In this document: positions 1 through 7,824 of the stretch, piece after piece | Layout: each line of letters opens with the position of its first letter | How positions within the stretch are numbered: position 1 is the first letter of the stretch | Assembly (NCBI GenBank): GCA_045599485.1 | Contig: JAZRWA010000117.1 | Location: forward strand, 1 to 13,383 | Direction: 5' to 3' | DNA length: 13,383 nt | Source: Clostridia bacterium | GTDB taxonomy: Bacteria; Bacillota; Clostridia; Christensenellales; Aristaeellaceae | Translations under genes and position numbers: made by a program | The notes under the pieces: generated by a model | Seen by the model: the letters and a program-made list of their open reading frames with translations, nothing else | Told to the model about the DNA's origin: nothing | The model's database searches: none

Positions 1-421
1 CATCGGTGAAGGAGTAGAATGCTTCCTGAATGACGGAAGGGAAAGGGGATGTCTGCTCGTTCAATCCGGACGCGTCATAGGGAACAGGCTGTCCCTCGAA
101 GTACTCGGGGTAAAGAATGGCCAGCGTGACGGTGGGACGAAGGATGCCGGAAGCGAGAAAGTCAGCGGCGGCAGAGGCATCGCTGACAGCAGAGACAGCG
201 GTTTCGCCGTTCAGCGAAGGATAAGTGATACCAATGGTACGGTAGAGTGTGGGGCTGCTGTCGTGATCGACAAAACGAAGTTCCACATTGTTTTCGAACT
301 ACTCGGGAACGATGATACGCATGGTATTCCAGAGGGTGTCACAGACTGAAAGATCCTACGCGAAGGCGGGAGAAGCTGCCAAACAGAACAGCAACAGAAT
401 CAGGAACAGTTTTGTTTTCAT
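1..421 (-). CDS. Secreted hypothetical protein (N-terminal ~140 codons; C-terminus lies beyond the window start), read through two in-frame TAG codons at 356..358 and 299..301
   Basis: ATG at 421..419 is followed by MKTKLFLILLLFCLAASPAFA, a typical Sec signal peptide with an A-x-A site. I checked the same frame (plus-strand triplets starting at position 2) codon by codon. It holds no TAA or TGA down to position 2, only the two TAGs. It is absent from the ORF track because TAG splits it and it is open-ended. No protein family recognised. Confidence 0.5.
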
Positions 422-453
422 ATGAGCCTGCCTTTTTGAGGATGTTGCGGGAA

Positions 454-1962
454 TTAATCGACGGGGTAGGAGTAGCCGAACATGCTGGAAAGATCACGAC
501 ATTTGTCGGGATTGACGTTGGCCGCACGGTTGATCATATCGCCCATGAACCACATGAAGGTGCTTCCGCCGCCGTCCAGATTGAGCGCCTGCGTGCAGCC
601 CATGCCAAGCATGTGGTTGGCGAGCCAACGGAAGGTGCAGCCGTTGGAGGTGGAGATACGTCCCTGTACCAGAACCGCCCAGTAATGGCAGGGTTCAACC
701 ATACCAAGGGCCATGCGCGGGTTTTTGTCGTTGTTAAGCACATTGCTGATGGAAAGGCTTTCGTTGACGATGCCGTCTTCAATGAGGATAGGACCGAAAG
801 CGAACGTATCGGTGACGCCCATCTGCAGGTATTCCTCGGCGGTGAGCTCATCACTGTCATAGACTCGCATGGTGCCGTCGTTGAACAGCGCCAGTACATC
901 AAGCGGCGGGAAGTTTTTGTTGCCCTTGGGTCGGGTGACGGTGGAGATGATCTCGCCGCCGCGGATGATGATGCCTTCGGGCAGTTTGTTATAATGACGG
1001 ATGCCGAAATAGTCGTCGCTGAAGGCAAACAGCGCGTTGTACTGCTTGACAATATCAAAGGGACCGATCAGATTGTAGCCGTCCGCCTTGCGTCCTTTGC
1101 CGAGCATGGCAGAAGGCAGCGAGTTGGGAGTGCAGTAGATTTCTGCTTCGAACCATGTCATCAGGGGGCTCTTGGTGGAGTAACGGCGGATGGCGATGGA
1201 AAGATCATGGCTGATGTAATACCACTGACCGTCATCCCGGTTGGAGTAGGAGAAGGGTTTGGCGGATTCATCCGCCAGGAAGTGCTCCTCATTCAGTTCG
1301 GGAAGTTCCACCTGCTTCTGGGGCCCCTTGGGGGTTGCAGTCACCTTGGGCGTCGGGGTAGGCTTGGGAGTGGGAGACGGCGTAGGGGAAGGCGTGGGCA
1401 GCGTGAAAAGCAGCTCCTGTTCCCCGGCGGTCAGATAGCCGGTCTGCTCGTGACCGAGATACGACTGAAAGGACTTGGTTGCGGTGATCAGGGTCTTGTT
1501 GTAGGTGCCCGCGGTAGCGGTGGAGTTGAAATAGCGCCAGAGGATCAGCTGCTTCTTGGCTGCCAGCACATCATCACCGCTGCATCCGTCATAGAAATCA
1601 CGGTAGCTGTTGCCGGTATATTCGGGCAGCGTAACAGATTCGCCGTTCAAAGCAGCAGAGAGCTTCCGGCTGTAGGCATTATCCGAATAGATCAGCGTTT
1701 GCAGCTCCTGCGTGGCGATACCTGTCTCGGCAAAGCCGCAATCGGATTCAAACTGGCGGATACGCTTTTCGGTATCGGAAGTGAAATCCTCTGTGAACTT
1801 ATTGGAAGTGAAATATCCCAGTTCGTACAGACGCTTTTTAAGCGCTTTGACGTCATCACCGCTGCTGCCGTTTTTGAGGGTACGGTAAGTGCCCTCCGCG
1901 GAGGCAAAGCTCAGAAGGAACAACAGCAGGAAGGTTACGATAAGCAGAATTGTTTTTTTCAT
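454..1962 (-). CDS. Secreted cell-wall-associated protein: signal peptide, two peptidoglycan-binding (PG_binding_1-like) repeats, Pro/Thr linker, C-terminal phosphodiester glycosidase (NAGPA/DUF2233-like) domain
   Basis: 502-aa ORF. N-terminus MKKTILLIVTFLLLFLLSFASA|EG. Two repeats of the G..GDDV..L...L...GY pattern (SSGDDVKALKKRLYELGYF, CSGDDVLAAKKQLILWRYF). TPSPTPSPTPKPTPTPK linker. C-terminal ALNLDGGGSTFMW motif typical of the phosphodiester glycosidase family. TAA stop at 454..456. Confidence 0.85.
   Translation of the reverse strand: MKKTILLIVTFLLLFLLSFASAEGTYRTLKNGSSGDDVKALKKRLYELGYFTSNKFTEDFTSDTEKRIRQFESDCGFAETGIATQELQTLIYSDNAYSRKLSAALNGESVTLPEYTGNSYRDFYDGCSGDDVLAAKKQLILWRYFNSTATAGTYNKTLITATKSFQSYLGHEQTGYLTAGEQELLFTLPTPSPTPSPTPKPTPTPKVTATPKGPQKQVELPELNEEHFLADESAKPFSYSNRDDGQWYYISHDLSIAIRRYSTKSPLMTWFEAEIYCTPNSLPSAMLGKGRKADGYNLIGPFDIVKQYNALFAFSDDYFGIRHYNKLPEGIIIRGGEIISTVTRPKGNKNFPPLDVLALFNDGTMRVYDSDELTAEEYLQMGVTDTFAFGPILIEDGIVNESLSISNVLNNDKNPRMALGMVEPCHYWAVLVQGRISTSNGCTFRWLANHMLGMGCTQALNLDGGGSTFMWFMGDMINRAANVNPDKCRDLSSMFGYSYPVD
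1318..1401 (-). repeat. Low-complexity Pro/Thr-rich linker-coding repeat inside the 454..1962 CDS
   Basis: Encodes LPTPSPTPSPTPKPTPTPKVTATPKGP. On the plus strand this appears as reiterated GG(N)G(T/A)(N) units (ggcgtcggggtaggcttgggagtgggagacggcgtaggggaaggcgtggg). Confidence 0.6.
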
Positions 1963-2067
1963 CTGATTTTTTTCCTAAATCGCATTCGTGCATTTACGAC
2001 AGCACGCCCCGAGCCCGAAAACAAAGCATTTCCGGGCCCGGAGCGGGCAGAAAAAGCATAGAAATAA

Positions 2068-3108
2068 TTATTTGGCGTTTTTGACCTGATCCCAGAAGGT
2101 GTTGTAGAGGCTCAGGGTCTTATCATCCAGGTCGTGATAGAATTCGCAGCGGGCAATCACTTCGTCGGAGGGATTGATGGTCTCGTTTTCGGTATACTCT
2201 TCACCCATCAGATCGATGGCACCCTGGTTGGGGCTGGAGTAGAAGATGTATTCACAGTTCATCTGGGCGATGTCGGGACGGCAGAGGAAGTCGATCAGCT
2301 TCTCGGCGTTTTCCTTGTTCTTGGCATCGGCGGGGATGACGAGGGGATCGATCCAGATGTTGCTGCCTTCCATGGGCACCACATAGTCAAGGTCTTCGTT
2401 GCCGTCCATGGCGTACAGCGCGTCGCCGCTGTACACAACAGCCAGAGCGGCCTCACCCTTGATCATAGCGTCCTTGGTTTCATCCACATAGTAGGCTTTG
2501 ACAAGGGGTTTCTGTTCCAGGAGGGAGTTTTTGGCTTCGTTGAGCTCTTTGATGTCGGCACTGTTGGCGCTGTAGCCATTGACTTTGAGGCCGATCAGCA
2601 TCGCGTCACGCAGAGAGAGCATCATGAAGATCTGGTCGGCATACTGCTCGTCCCAGAGAATCTTCCAGGAGGAGGCGTCCTCAGCGCTCACTTTGGTGGT
2701 ATCGAAGAGGATGCCCAGCGTGCCCCACATGAAGGGGACGGTGAACTTTCCTTCCGGATCGTAGTCGGCATTGCGAAGATCCTCACGGATATAGGCGAAG
2801 TTGGGGATGTTGTCAAAGTTGATCTCCTGAATGAGCTCTTCCTTGATCATGCGCTCTACGCAATAATCGGAAGGTACGACCAAATCGTAGCTGCCGCGGC
2901 TGGTGCGCAGGGCAATCATCATGTCTTCATTTTCGGTAAAGTACATACAGTTGACCTTGATGCCGGTTTCGTCGGTGAACATATCGAGAACGGCGGGATC
3001 CATGTAGTCGTACCAGTTGAAGAGATTGACTACTTCTTCAGCGGATGCGACAGAGAGGAGGGAGATGAGCAGCAGCGCTGCCATGAGCAGGGAAACGAAT
3101 TTTTTCAT
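2068..3108 (-). CDS. potD: Spermidine/putrescine ABC transporter substrate-binding protein
   Basis: 346-aa ORF with a cleavable signal peptide (LLSVASA|EE). PotD-like sequence throughout (NLFNWYDYMDP..., FTVPFMWGTLGI, SNIWIDPLVIP). GGAGG RBS upstream of the ATG at 3108. Last gene of the regulator-potABCD string. TAA stop. Confidence 0.93.
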   Translation of the reverse strand: MKKFVSLLMAALLLISLLSVASAEEVVNLFNWYDYMDPAVLDMFTDETGIKVNCMYFTENEDMMIALRTSRGSYDLVVPSDYCVERMIKEELIQEINFDNIPNFAYIREDLRNADYDPEGKFTVPFMWGTLGILFDTTKVSAEDASSWKILWDEQYADQIFMMLSLRDAMLIGLKVNGYSANSADIKELNEAKNSLLEQKPLVKAYYVDETKDAMIKGEAALAVVYSGDALYAMDGNEDLDYVVPMEGSNIWIDPLVIPADAKNKENAEKLIDFLCRPDIAQMNCEYIFYSSPNQGAIDLMGEEYTENETINPSDEVIARCEFYHDLDDKTLSLYNTFWDQVKNAK

Positions 3109-3157
3109 TTGACTGTCCTCCGTTTTTTAATATGCATAAGCCATATGGCCGGATGCC

Positions 3158-3934
3158 TTATTTTTTTTCGTCTGCTGTCATGGTGCGGCGATTGACAACA
3201 ATCAAAAGTACCAGCATGACAACAAACATGATACTGCTCAGGGCGTACATGGTGGGCTTGATGCCCTTGCGTGCCTGAGAATAAATGAGGGTGGAAAGAT
3301 TCTGCACCAGCGGCGAAGTGGTGAAATAACTGATGGTGAAGTCGTCCAGAGACAGGGTGAACGCGAAAATGGCACCGGTGACCACGCCGGGCATGATCTG
3401 CGGAATGATCACGTGGCGAAGTGCGTAGGACGGTGTTGCACCAAGGTCAAGCGCGGCCTAATACGTGTTCTGATTCATTTGCGACAGCTTTGGCATGACT
3501 GATACGATGACATAGGGGATGTCAAAGGTGATGTGAGCCAGAAGCATCGTGACGTATCCGCGTTCCACTCTCGTGAAGATGAAGAGCAGCATCAGCGAGA
3601 TACCTGTAACAATGTCGGGCATGGTCATGGGAATGTTGTTGAGGGCCAGCATGAGACCCTGCGGACGCTTTTTCATCGCATGGATGCCGATGGCGGCAAG
3701 GGTGCCAAGAAGGGTGGCGAATACCGTAGCCAGAAGAGCGATCGTGACGGTGATGAAAAGTGCCTGCATGATATCGGCATTACCGAACAGTTCACCATAC
3801 CAACGGAAGGAGACGCCTTCAAATTTGGCACGGCTTGTGCCGCTGTTGAAGGAGAAAACGATCATGACGATGATGGGGATGTAAAGCAAAAGCAGCAGCA
3901 GCGCCAGATAGATGCGTTTAAGTGCTTTTGTCAT
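3158..3934 (-). CDS. potC: Spermidine/putrescine ABC transporter permease, full length only if the in-frame TAG at 3458..3460 is read as sense
   Basis: ORF-track pieces 3458..3934 and 3158..3412 share one frame (both starts are 2 mod 3). The stretch between them translates as ...SQMNQNTY-[TAG]-AALDLGATPSYALRHVIIPQIMPGV..., the ABC-permease EAA loop. Total 258 codons, a normal PotC length. ATGA start/stop overlap with potB at 3931..3934. TAA stop at 3158..3160. Confidence 0.85.
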
Positions 3935-4995
3935 ACGGCACCGCCTCCTTCTCCCTCGGGATCGACTTTGCGCAAAATTCCGATGGAAATGAGCATCAAA
4001 ATCATCATGATCAGCGACATGGCGCTGCCGGGGTTCCAGTCGGAGATCGTGGCGGAAAGGAACTTGCTTTCAATCAGATCGCCGAAAAGCTGCACCTTGC
4101 TGCCGCCAAGCAGTCGGCTGATGTAGAAGGTCGTCACAGCGGGCATGAAAACCATGGTAATACCGCTGACCACGCCGGGAATCGAAAGAGGCATGGTGAC
4201 TTTGTAGAACGTCTGCCATTTGTTGCAGCCCAGGTCCATCGCCGCTTCGGAGAGCTTGTAGTCCATTTTGTTAAGGACATTGTAGATAGGGAAAACCATG
4301 AACGGCAGGAAGTTGTAGATCATGCCGAACAGTACGGCACCGGAGGTGTTGAGCAGCTTCAGACGACCAATGCCGATCCATTCGAGGAAGCTGTTGATGA
4401 TACCGTTGCTTTCCATCAGTTCCATCAGTGCGACGGTACGCAGCAGGAAGTTCATCCACATGGGAACGATGAAGAGCACGATCAGTACAGGACCGGCTTT
4501 GAAGCCGCGCTCCGTCATGAAATGCGCTGCAGGGTAACCGAGCAGCAGGCAGGCGACTGTGCACAGGAACGCCATCCACACGGAGAACACAAGCGTGGAA
4601 ATATTGACGGCACCGTAACCGAGGCCGAGGTCTTCGGCGGTGATACCCATTTCGGCATATACGGCAAGGTCATCCGCCATATTTTTGCGGGCCAGATAGT
4701 TGCTGTCCCAGAAAGCGGCGAAATTATCCAGTGTCAGGGCGCCGTTGACATCGGTAAAGGCGTAATAGGCCACCAACAGACACGGAACGACCGTGAAGAT
4801 GATGATCCACAGTACATAGGGGGAAGCGAACAGGGGGCGATTGACGCCGTGATTGTGCTTAACATACCCGGCAACGAGTACAATGAAGCCAATCAGGCCC
4901 AATCCCATCAGCAGATAGGCCCAGATGGGCAGCTCAAACGTTGTCAACTGCGACCGCACCTCCCGCTGCATAGGGATTCCAGTCCTCGGTGGCAT
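3931..4995 (-). CDS. potB: Spermidine/putrescine ABC transporter permease
   Basis: 354-aa ORF, multi-TM, with the EAA loop [28 protein letters not shown]. The true start is more likely the ATG at 4971..4969 (GAGGA about 11 nt upstream) than the one at 4995, which has no RBS. Overlaps the 3' end of potA. TGA stop overlaps the potC start. Confidence 0.9.
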   Translation of the reverse strand: MPPRTGIPMQREVRSQLTTFELPIWAYLLMGLGLIGFIVLVAGYVKHNHGVNRPLFASPYVLWIIIFTVVPCLLVAYYAFTDVNGALTLDNFAAFWDSNYLARKNMADDLAVYAEMGITAEDLGLGYGAVNISTLVFSVWMAFLCTVACLLLGYPAAHFMTERGFKAGPVLIVLFIVPMWMNFLLRTVALMELMESNGIINSFLEWIGIGRLKLLNTSGAVLFGMIYNFLPFMVFPIYNVLNKMDYKLSEAAMDLGCNKWQTFYKVTMPLSIPGVVSGITMVFMPAVTTFYISRLLGGSKVQLFGDLIESKFLSATISDWNPGSAMSLIMMILMLISIGILRKVDPEGEGGGAV

Positions 4996-6028
4996 GCATG
5001 ATGTGAATGTTGAAGGGGACGATGCTCAGACCAACGCGGCTTCCTTCAGGCTGCATCGTGGTGGAATGCACCTTCCAGGTGGAGTGGCCGGCGTCAATGA
5101 TCATTTCATAATGTACGCCCTTGAACAGTACGCTCTTGACAGTGCCGGTGATCTGACCGATATCTTCGCCCACGACCATGATATCTTCGGGTCGTACAAC
5201 AACATCCACGGGTACATTTTCTCCAAAACCGGAGTCAACACACTGGAAGCGGGTGGAACAGAATTCAACCAGCTCGTCACGGATCATGGTGCCCCGGAAA
5301 ATGTTGGATTCGCCAATGAAGTTGGCGACGAAGGCATTTTTGGGTTCATCGTAAATATCCTTCGGCTTGCCGATCTGAAGGATTTTGCCGCTGCGCATGA
5401 CCACGATGGTATCACTCATGGTCAGGGCTTCTTCCTGATCGTGCGTCACGTACAGGAAGGTGATGCCCAAGCGCTGCTGCATGTTTTTGATCTCCAGCTG
5501 CATGTCCTTGCGGAGCTTGAGATCCAGGGCCCCCAGAGGTTCATCCAGCAGAAGCATTTCGGGCTCGTTGACCAGCGCGCGGGCAATGGCGATGCGCTGC
5601 TGCTGACCGCCGGACAGAGAATCGACATCACGTTTGCCGTATCCCTGAAGGTTGACCAGGTCAAGCATTTTGTTGACTTTTTTATCGATTTCTCCACGGC
5701 TCATTTTTTTGATCTTCAGGCCGAAAGCAATGTTGTCGTGGACGTTCAGATGTGGGAAAAGCGCATACTTCTGAAAAACGGTGTTGACGCGGCGCTTGTA
5801 GGGAGGAAGACCGACGATGTCCTTGCCTTCGAACATGACCTGACCGGAGGTAGGAGACTCGAAGCCGCCGATGATGCGCAGCGTGGTGGTTTTGCCGCAA
5901 CCGGAGGGCCCCAGCAGGGTGACAAATTCCTTTTTGCGGATATAGAGGCTGATATTGTCCAGAACCGTAACGCCGTCATAGTCCTTGCAGAGGTTCTGAA
6001 GATGAATCATATAGGGTGAATCGCTCAT
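4934..6028 (-). CDS. potA: Spermidine/putrescine ABC transporter ATP-binding protein
   Basis: 364 aa. Walker [13 protein letters not shown] signature LSGGQQQR, Walker B LLLDEP, C-terminal TOBE-like regulatory domain. AAGGAG RBS 9 nt upstream of the ATG at 6028. TGA stop. Confidence 0.95.
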   Translation of the reverse strand: MSDSPYMIHLQNLCKDYDGVTVLDNISLYIRKKEFVTLLGPSGCGKTTTLRIIGGFESPTSGQVMFEGKDIVGLPPYKRRVNTVFQKYALFPHLNVHDNIAFGLKIKKMSRGEIDKKVNKMLDLVNLQGYGKRDVDSLSGGQQQRIAIARALVNEPEMLLLDEPLGALDLKLRKDMQLEIKNMQQRLGITFLYVTHDQEEALTMSDTIVVMRSGKILQIGKPKDIYDEPKNAFVANFIGESNIFRGTMIRDELVEFCSTRFQCVDSGFGENVPVDVVVRPEDIMVVGEDIGQITGTVKSVLFKGVHYEMIIDAGHSTWKVHSTTMQPEGSRVGLSIVPFNIHIMHATEDWNPYAAGGAVAVDNV

Positions 6029-6052
6029 GAAGGCAATCTCCTTTATATTTTA

Positions 6053-6598
6053 TCAGAAGCTTGGGGGATTGGAGACCCAGATGACTTTGGCAGGGCGTTT
6101 GCCGGTATTGATCAGCCGGTGCGGCGCGGTCGGGTGAATACAGAAGCTGCTGCCGCATTTGACACGGTGCCGCTGCTCGCCGAGCTTGAGCACAACGCTG
6201 CCGGAGAGAACATAACCGAATTCCTCTCCTTCGTGCGGAGGAAGTTCGAAGGACTCTCCTCCGGGACCGATCTAAAGCAGGATGGGTTCCATGTCGTTTT
6301 TCTGAGCGCTGGGTACCAGCCAGACAACGCTGCCCCGGAGTGCTTCTTCATCGGTTTTTTCAAACATGTCGACAGCGTCAAATACAATTTTTTCGTCATC
6401 GTCGTTTTCTGAAAAAAAGGTTTTGAGATCACTGCCGAGGCACTCGAGCATATCAGTCAGCGTAGCAATGGAGGGCGACGCCAGGTCGCGCTCCACCTGC
6501 GAAATGAAGCCTTTGCTCAGTTCACAGCGGTCGGCCATTTCTTCCTGAGTCAGGTTGCGCTGCAAACGCAGACGGTGCAGCTTTTCACCGATGTTCAT
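6053..6598 (-). CDS. XRE-family HTH + cupin transcriptional regulator (PuuR-like architecture), full length only if the in-frame TAG at 6272..6274 is read as sense
   Basis: N-terminal HTH (MNIGEKLHRLRLQRNLTQEEMADRCELSKGFISQVERD). After ...MEPILL-[TAG] the same frame continues IGPGGESFELPPHEGEEFGYVLSGSVVLKLGEQRHRVKCGSSFCIHPTAPHRLINTGKRPAKVIWVSNPPSF, a complete cupin barrel. It ends at TGA 6053..6055, 24 nt before the potA start. 181 codons is the normal length for this family. Confidence 0.85.
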
Positions 6599-6656
6599 GT
6601 TCTGCCTCTTTGATGCGTGAAGTTTAGTAAAAGTAAATTTTGTGTGAAAGTCCGGA

Positions 6657-6673
6657 GTTTAGAATTACTAAAC
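6657..6673. promoter_or_regulatory. Candidate operator: inverted repeat GTTTAG-N5-CTAAAC, with a further GTTTAGTAA copy at 6622..6630
   Basis: Perfect 6-bp arms separated by aatta. The arm plus flank (GTTTAGTAA, read on the minus strand) recurs on the plus strand at 6622..6630. Both lie in the leader of the XRE-cupin/pot operon, downstream of its putative -10. Confidence 0.3.
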
Positions 6674-6688
6674 AGGCGAACGCAAATA

Positions 6689-6717
6689 AGTAAACCATAA
6701 AACATGGGAGATGTCAA
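6689..6717 (-). promoter_or_regulatory. Putative sigmaA promoter for the regulator-potABCD operon
   Basis: On the minus strand: TTGACA (6717..6712), 17-nt spacer, then TGgTTTACT (-10 at 6694..6689, 4/6 match with an extended TG). Position and orientation fit the ATG at 6598. Confidence 0.35.
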
Positions 6718-6739
6718 TATGATTTTTATTAACAATTTG

Positions 6740-6768
6740 TTGCAAAGCGACTGGAATTCTGGTATAAT
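6740..6768 (+). promoter_or_regulatory. SigmaA promoter of the ctsR-mcsA-mcsB-clpC operon
   Basis: TTGCAA (6740..6745), exactly 17 nt, then TGgTATAAT (perfect -10 at 6763..6768 with an extended -10 TG at 6760..6761). Lies 50 nt upstream of the ctsR ATG. Confidence 0.7.
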
Positions 6769-6774
6769 AGCAAT

Positions 6775-6791
6775 GGTCAAAGTTAGTCAGT
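6775..6791 (+). promoter_or_regulatory. CtsR operator (direct heptad repeat)
   Basis: GGTCAAA-GTT-AGTCAGT compared with the published CtsR box RGTCAAA-NAN-RGTCAAA. The first heptad is perfect and the second matches 5/7. It sits immediately downstream of the -10 and overlaps the expected transcription start, as in autoregulated ctsR/clpC operons. Confidence 0.7.
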
Positions 6792-6818
6792 GAACAGCAT
6801 TGACCGGAGGAAGCCTAT

Positions 6819-7310
6819 ATGCGTTTAAGTGATGCAATCGAACAATTTATCAAAGAAATGATGCAGGCGGGAGAGCAGCCCGGCATTGATCTGAAAAGGA
6901 ATGAGCTGGCAGATTATTTCCATTGTGCGCCTTCGCAGATCAATTATGTGCTCTCAACCCGCTTTACACCCGATCATGGGTATGTGACCAGCAGTCAGCG
7001 CGGCGGCGGCGGTTATATCCGTATTGTGCGGATCGTACGCCGTCCGGAGGAACAATTGAACTATCTGCTCAACGAGCGGATCGGCAATGCCATTACCGCT
7101 GCGGACGCAATGATACTGTGCGGGCAATTGTTGGAAAATGATGTGATTACCGAGGATGAAGCTTTGCTGATGAAATCTGCGGTTTCGCAGGCAGCATTTG
7201 CGGTGCCCATTCCTGAGAATGTAAAGGACGCGGTGCGTGCCAAGGTGCTGCGCAGTATGCTGCTTGAAGTAATGCAGAGAAAGGACGGCGGGCGAGATGA
7301 TGATGTGTGA
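6819..7310 (+). CDS. ctsR: Class III stress-gene transcriptional repressor CtsR
   Basis: 163 aa. MRLSDAIEQFIKEMM... N-terminus and the diagnostic ...SQRGGGGYIRIVRI glycine-rich winged-HTH loop. GGAGGA RBS 8 nt upstream. First gene of the operon. TGA stop. Confidence 0.93.
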   Translation: MRLSDAIEQFIKEMMQAGEQPGIDLKRNELADYFHCAPSQINYVLSTRFTPDHGYVTSSQRGGGGYIRIVRIVRRPEEQLNYLLNERIGNAITAADAMILCGQLLENDVITEDEALLMKSAVSQAAFAVPIPENVKDAVRAKVLRSMLLEVMQRKDGGRDDDV

Positions 7311-7824
7311 AGAATGCGGAAAGCGTCCTGCGATCTTGAACGTTACAGTGCTATTTGCTGGGAAAAAGATCAGCCGCAGTCTTTGCCCTGTGTGCGCGGC
7401 CAAAATGCAGCGCGGGGACGCGGCGGGCGCCCAGAGCGCGGTCATGGGGTCTTTGCGTACAGAGGAAAGTGTTCAGCACCTCAGCTGCCCTCAATGCGGA
7501 ACGACCGGAGAAAAGCTGCTGAAGGAGGGCCGGGTCGGCTGTGCAGAGTGCTATAAAACCTTCAGATCGATTCTGAAGGATGTTCTGATGAGCCTGAACG
7601 GTGTGGATCATCATGTGTCGGACGGATGGGAAGAGGATCATTCGGATGCTCCGGAGGAAATTCAGCTGGAGGTCGCGCAGATGACCGAACCGTCTGATGA
7701 AGAGAAAAAAGCGGCTTCACTGCGGGAAGCTTTGTTTGAAGCGGTGCAGAGAGAAGATTTTGAGGAAGCAGCAAGGCTGCGGGATCAGATCCGCGCAGCG
7801 GAAAGCGTGAAGCATGAAGGATGA
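7297..7824 (+). CDS. mcsA: McsA (protein-arginine kinase activator; zinc-finger + UVR motif protein)
   Basis: 175 aa. Paired CxxC motifs (CEECGKRPA..., CPVCAAK, CPQCG...GCAECY) and a C-terminal UVR motif (REDFEEAARLRDQIRAAE). Overlaps the ctsR stop. Three consecutive ATGs at 7297..7305 leave the start ambiguous by up to 2 codons. TGA stop. Confidence 0.88.
   Translation: MMMCEECGKRPAILNVTVLFAGKKISRSLCPVCAAKMQRGDAAGAQSAVMGSLRTEESVQHLSCPQCGTTGEKLLKEGRVGCAECYKTFRSILKDVLMSLNGVDHHVSDGWEEDHSDAPEEIQLEVAQMTEPSDEEKKAASLREALFEAVQREDFEEAARLRDQIRAAESVKHEG

Noticed and set aside
339-527. The 62-aa minus-strand ORF in the track, which spans the junction between the first two genes.
   Set aside because: It is in a different frame from both real genes, overlaps the 3' end of the 502-aa CDS and the signal-peptide start of the first gene, and has no RBS or recognisable sequence.
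2001-2050. GC-rich structured region between the potD stop and the next gene: the CCGGGCCCGG palindrome and a GCCCGGAAA/UUUCGGGC hairpin on the minus strand. Considered as a possible potD terminator.
   Set aside because: The stem is only about 8 bp with a G-U pair and has no following U-tract on the minus-strand transcript. I cannot support calling it an intrinsic terminator, and it may simply be an attenuating structure or coincidence.
412-6019. Very long plus-strand ORFs (412..2061, 549 aa; 2134..3195, 353 aa; 3922..5001, 359 aa; 4925..6019, 364 aa), each mirroring a minus-strand gene almost end to end. A similar one lies at 11244..11876.
   Set aside because: These are shadow ORFs. Their translations are low-complexity (G/R/V/D/A-rich runs such as GRRGRLGSGRRRRGRRG) with no recognisable motifs, RBS or sensible starts. 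The opposite strand encodes textbook PotA/B/D and related proteins. They stay open because TTA, TCA and CTA codons are rare in the real genes.
6599-6818. I checked this 220-bp divergent intergenic region, and 12442..12579, for tRNA, small RNA, riboswitch or T-box elements, including a possible CUA-anticodon suppressor tRNA.
   Set aside because: No cloverleaf-compatible sequence or conserved leader motif is discernible. The regions are AT-rich and accounted for by promoters, operators and RBSs. The decoding machinery for TAG, if any, is not in this window.
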